A DNA stretch of 64,000 nt, taken from contig MU004191.1 in assembly GCA_010093605.1 (NCBI GenBank), positions 1,534,816 through 1,598,815 on the forward strand, in the 5' to 3' direction. Position numbers and translations under genes: made by a program. Origin of the DNA: Lophium mytilinum. Lineage: Eukaryota. The notes under the pieces are model-generated. The model ran no database searches, was not told the origin of the DNA, and saw only the letters and a list, made by a program, of their open reading frames with translations. This document shows positions 60,718 through 64,000 of the stretch, piece by piece; the first letter of the stretch is position 1; the number at the start of each line of letters is the position of its first letter.

Positions 60718-62301
60718 CTATAGATACGCCGCTACCAGCTTCTCAAAGAACTCCCTCCCCGTGGGCCCCGTCATCTCCACACCCTTACTTGCATCGTCCA
60801 AGTCCCTTCCCAACACATCCCTAAGCACCCTCACTGCCTGTGCCTTGGTACCCGCAGGCTGTCCTGCAATCTCCAACTTCAAGCTCCCGCCTGCGACCTC
60901 ATTCGGCCCAACGACCGCAATGAAGTTCCAGCCCCCCTTTTTCGCTTCCCGAATCTTCTTACCCAGGGGCCTAGCGCTCGTATCAATATCCACACCCACG
61001 TTCGTTTGGTTGAGAGGCAGTGGAGCAGGCAAACCATTCGGCAGGGTCGACGCGGTCGCACCGCTCAGCTGCGCTTGCAGCTTCTCGACGTGCGCGAGGA
61101 CCGCCGGGTCTTGATTTAGACTGAGGATGATGAGCTGCCGTGGAGAGAGCCAGAAGGGGTAGCTGCCCGCGTAGTGTTCAATCAGCAGCGCCATGAAGCG
61201 CTCCAGGCTGCCGAGAATCGCGCGGTGGATGATCACAGGACGGGCACTCCCAGCCTCAAGCGTTGTGTCCTCTATTGAGGTAGAAGCAGCCTCAAGGTCC
61301 TCTGGTGATGCTTGATACGATAGCTGGAACCGCTGTGGCAGCTGGAAATCGAGCTGGACCGTTGCCGTCTGGTGCTCCTTCCCATTCGAATCGCGCAGGA
61401 TGATGTCGATTTTCGGGCCGTAGAAGGCACCGTCGCCCTCATTGATAGACCATTCGCGGCCGCTGGCTGAGAGCGCGGTCTTCAACTGTAACTCGGCCTT
61501 TTCCCAGTCGGGGATGCTGCCGATGAAGTTCTCCTCGGGGCGGGTGGAGAGGAGCAGCTTATAGGGCCCAAGACCAAAGGTGTCATAGACCATTCCCACA
61601 AAATCCAGCGTTCGCTTTATCTCGTCAAGGATCTGCGACGGCCGGCAGAAGATGTGCGCGTCGTCCTGGTGGAATCTCCGCACTCGCGTTAGGCCGCTCA
61701 GCGCACCGGATATCTCGTTCCGGTGTAGAGCGCTGAAGTCTGCATACCGGATTGGAAGATCACGATAGCTTCGCTGCTTGCTTGCGAATATGAGACAGTG
61801 CCCAGGACAATTCATGGGCTTAAGGCCGAATTCCTCGTCCTGGCCGGGCTCTGCGTTCTCGGTTTCGCCGGTGAAGCCTCGCCCTTTCACCTCGAACATG
61901 TCCTGTGCGTAGTTCTCCCAATGTCCGGATAATTCCCATAGTGACTTTTTGTATATAGTTGGCGTAACAACTTCCTTGAAGCCGAATTGCGGATATTGCG
62001 CGCGGAGGAAGGACTGCAATTTGTTGAAGATAGAGGAGCCATTGGGGAGGAACAGCGGCGATCCGGGGCTGTATGGTGAGGTTAGGAAAAGGTCCTGGGT
62101 TTGGGCGAAAGTGCGATGGTCCACTGGGGGGGTGGGAGGGTCGTTCGTAGTGGGATTTAAGGTCGGGGGTGCTGTCTTTGGCACTGAACAGGAGCACCAC
62201 CGAGTTGACTGCGTAATAACCCTAGTGCGTCCATGTTGATTTCGTAGCCGTATGTAGCGCGATACGTGAGAAAGGGAAAGTGGAGGGCGGAGGGACAGCA
62301 T
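60718..62301 (-). CDS. MST1: Mitochondrial threonyl-tRNA synthetase
   Basis: Arg/Ser-rich presequence; DHR, LWELSGHWENY, LKPMNCPGHC, HRNEISGALSGLTRVRRFHQDDAHIFC, GAFYGPKID, IHRAILGSLERF. No N-terminal editing domain visible. Confidence 0.93.
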   Translation of the reverse strand: MLSLRPPLSLSHVSRYIRLRNQHGRTRVITQSTRWCSCSVPKTAPPTLNPTTNDPPTPPVDHRTFAQTQDLFLTSPYSPGSPLFLPNGSSIFNKLQSFLRAQYPQFGFKEVVTPTIYKKSLWELSGHWENYAQDMFEVKGRGFTGETENAEPGQDEEFGLKPMNCPGHCLIFASKQRSYRDLPIRYADFSALHRNEISGALSGLTRVRRFHQDDAHIFCRPSQILDEIKRTLDFVGMVYDTFGLGPYKLLLSTRPEENFIGSIPDWEKAELQLKTALSASGREWSINEGDGAFYGPKIDIILRDSNGKEHQTATVQLDFQLPQRFQLSYQASPEDLEAASTSIEDTTLEAGSARPVIIHRAILGSLERFMALLIEHYAGSYPFWLSPRQLIILSLNQDPAVLAHVEKLQAQLSGATASTLPNGLPAPLPLNQTNVGVDIDTSARPLGKKIREAKKGGWNFIAVVGPNEVAGGSLKLEIAGQPAGTKAQAVRVLRDVLGRDLDDASKGVEMTGPTGREFFEKLVAAYL

Positions 62302-62932
62302 CGAGGTTGATGAAGCCTGCGAACGTTGGCCGTGATATTTGCTTGGCGAGATGGCGTTCTATATATTCCGTTCCAGGTTTAGCGTGATATCTTTCACCCG
62401 TTGCACATCAAAGACATAATTCACAATTATCAGGCTGAATAATGTCAAGATGCCCTATAAGTCAATTCACTGTAGCTATAGCCCGTTTCCTCTTCTGTAG
62501 CTGACATTCCCCTAATCGTTGATAGGAAATAGCGGAAGTATCAAAGCAGTGTGTGCACTCGACTAGTACAGTCCTAGGCCACAAGTTTGGGCACACGGAC
62601 TCGGCCCCAATTTGCCCATTCAACATCACTGTGGGGGTAGCCTGGCTGCTGAGCAGGCAATTAGTCAAGAGGCAGAATAATCTGCACTGCTTGAAGCTTG
62701 ACATCGCCATTGAGTCTTCGAAACCCTGTGGGGGTAGTTCTACCCCAAGCAGTGGCGCACCAGTGTGCCCAGACTTGTGGCGTGTCACTGTAAGTTAAAT
62801 TATGTATATTCATATAGTATGAAAGTCTTTGAGTAGTATGAGCCTTATTTCCTCGTTGGTATCATAACGAATGTATCCAATATACTCGTTTTTGAAAGGC
62901 TTACCCAGTAAAAAAGAAGACCATGACCCGAA

Positions 62933-64000
62933 TCAATCAACCAAGTTCTCCACCAAAACCCATACTATCCTCTCCGCGGCCTCCTCCCCTCCGGCAGCCC
63001 AAGGCCCCTTCCTACCCCACTTCAGTTCCCTCTTCTTATCCCTCCACTCCTTTCGCTTCTCTTGCTTGAGCAGCTTATGCTCCCTCTTTTTCGCACCCCA
63101 CTCTTCCTTCATCTTTCTCCGTCCCTCACGATCTGGCTTTCCAGCTGCCTTAAGTTCTCTCTTCTTTGTCCTGAGCTCTTTATTGAGCTCGCGCTTCTTA
63201 GCTTTCAGTTCCCTTTTCACAGCCCACCTTTCGCGCTTCCCCTCAATCTTCAGCTCCAGTGCTGTTTTCTGCGCTTGTGCTTTGGCGATGGCCGCGTCTC
63301 GCTCTCGGCTGATCTCTTCGGGTGACTTCTTGCCTTTCTCGGAAGCAGACGCGGCCTTCCCATTGATCTCGCGGACACGATTGACGAACACTTTCTCCGG
63401 GTCTTCAAAGTCCTCCTCGTCATCAGAAGAAGACGACGAGTCGCTGTCGCTATCGCTGCTATCGTCGTCGTCGTCTTCTGGCTTGACAGGATGAGCTTTT
63501 GGGGTTTCGGAGCCCACCACGCCTGTCTCCTGCCCTGGCACTGCCGTTTGTGTCGGGACATTAAGATCCACAAGCGGTGTCGTCCCTGGCTGCCCATATC
63601 CAGAGTTGGGGGTACCGTCCCTCGACCGGGAGCTGCCAGAGGCCTTCCTTCCAATTTCTTCTCCCCAAGCTCCAGCTTTCTTCCCAAAATCCTCACCCCA
63701 CTCTTCTGCTCTCTTTCCGAACTGTACTCCCCACACCTCTGCTGCCTTGCCAAATTCCTCTCCCCACTGACCCCATCTCTTCCCCATCTCGCCTCCCCAG
63801 TCTCCCCAGGACTGTCCTCCTCCACGTTGCTCCCGTGGATCCCCACGCTGCGGCCCACCGGGTCCGAAGAAGGGCATACCGCCTCGACCGGGCGAGCATT
63901 GGCCTCTCATTGGCGGCCCTTGACCTCGCCACGGTGGTCCTGCGCCCATCCACGGTGGTCCTCTCATGCCAGGTCCCCCAAATCCGGTACCCGGTCCAAA
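62933..64000 (-). CDS. Hypothetical protein, 3' part (Gly/Pro repeats, 11-mer Trp repeats, acidic Ser tract, Lys/Arg-rich helix); 5' end outside the window
   Basis: Open frame from the window edge to the stop at 62933, ending IVWVLVENLVD. Confidence 0.7.
   Translation of the reverse strand, partial: FGPGTGFGGPGMRGPPWMGAGPPWRGQGPPMRGQCSPGRGGMPFFGPGGPQRGDPREQRGGGQSWGDWGGEMGKRWGQWGEEFGKAAEVWGVQFGKRAEEWGEDFGKKAGAWGEEIGRKASGSSRSRDGTPNSGYGQPGTTPLVDLNVPTQTAVPGQETGVVGSETPKAHPVKPEDDDDDSSDSDSDSSSSSDDEEDFEDPEKVFVNRVREINGKAASASEKGKKSPEEISRERDAAIAKAQAQKTALELKIEGKRERWAVKRELKAKKRELNKELRTKKRELKAAGKPDREGRRKMKEEWGAKKREHKLLKQEKRKEWRDKKRELKWGRKGPWAAGGEEAAERIVWVLVENLVD

Overview
Eukaryotic, intron-containing, gene-dense window from a filamentous ascomycete. 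The introns are short GT-AG introns with CTRAC/CTAAC branch sites; Dothideomycete-like is only an impression. I assembled about 26 protein-coding loci by hand across introns. Most are housekeeping genes: arrestin-like, UbcH10-type E2, ELL-like elongation factor, PA/TM/RING E3, Ada3/Ngg1, Hpm1, Ino4-like bHLH, Munc13/C2 protein, 2OG-Fe(II) oxygenase, FRG1, GT34, cNMP-F-box-LRR, Set6-like, Srk1/Rck2 kinase, Osh6/7-like, Pnc1 and mitochondrial ThrRS. There is a small accessory/decaying patch at about 42.4-48.9 kb (frameshifted HET-domain pseudogene, DUF3176-like fragment, San1-type RING ORF), a small secreted Cys-rich protein, an exact 169-bp tandem duplication and two assembly gaps. I found no tRNA, rRNA, CRISPR or intact transposon, and cannot claim a clearly new system. 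Best leads: (i) a tandem-cNMP-domain F-box/LRR protein with intact phosphate-binding cassettes, (ii) an uncharacterised membrane coiled-coil protein with an ER-phagy-receptor-like layout, (iii) a C-terminal FFAT motif on an Osh6/7-type protein, (iv) an 11-mer amphipathic repeat protein, and (v) recurrent orientation-independent C/A-rich to G/T-rich skew flips. All family assignments are from motif recognition by eye, not database searches.
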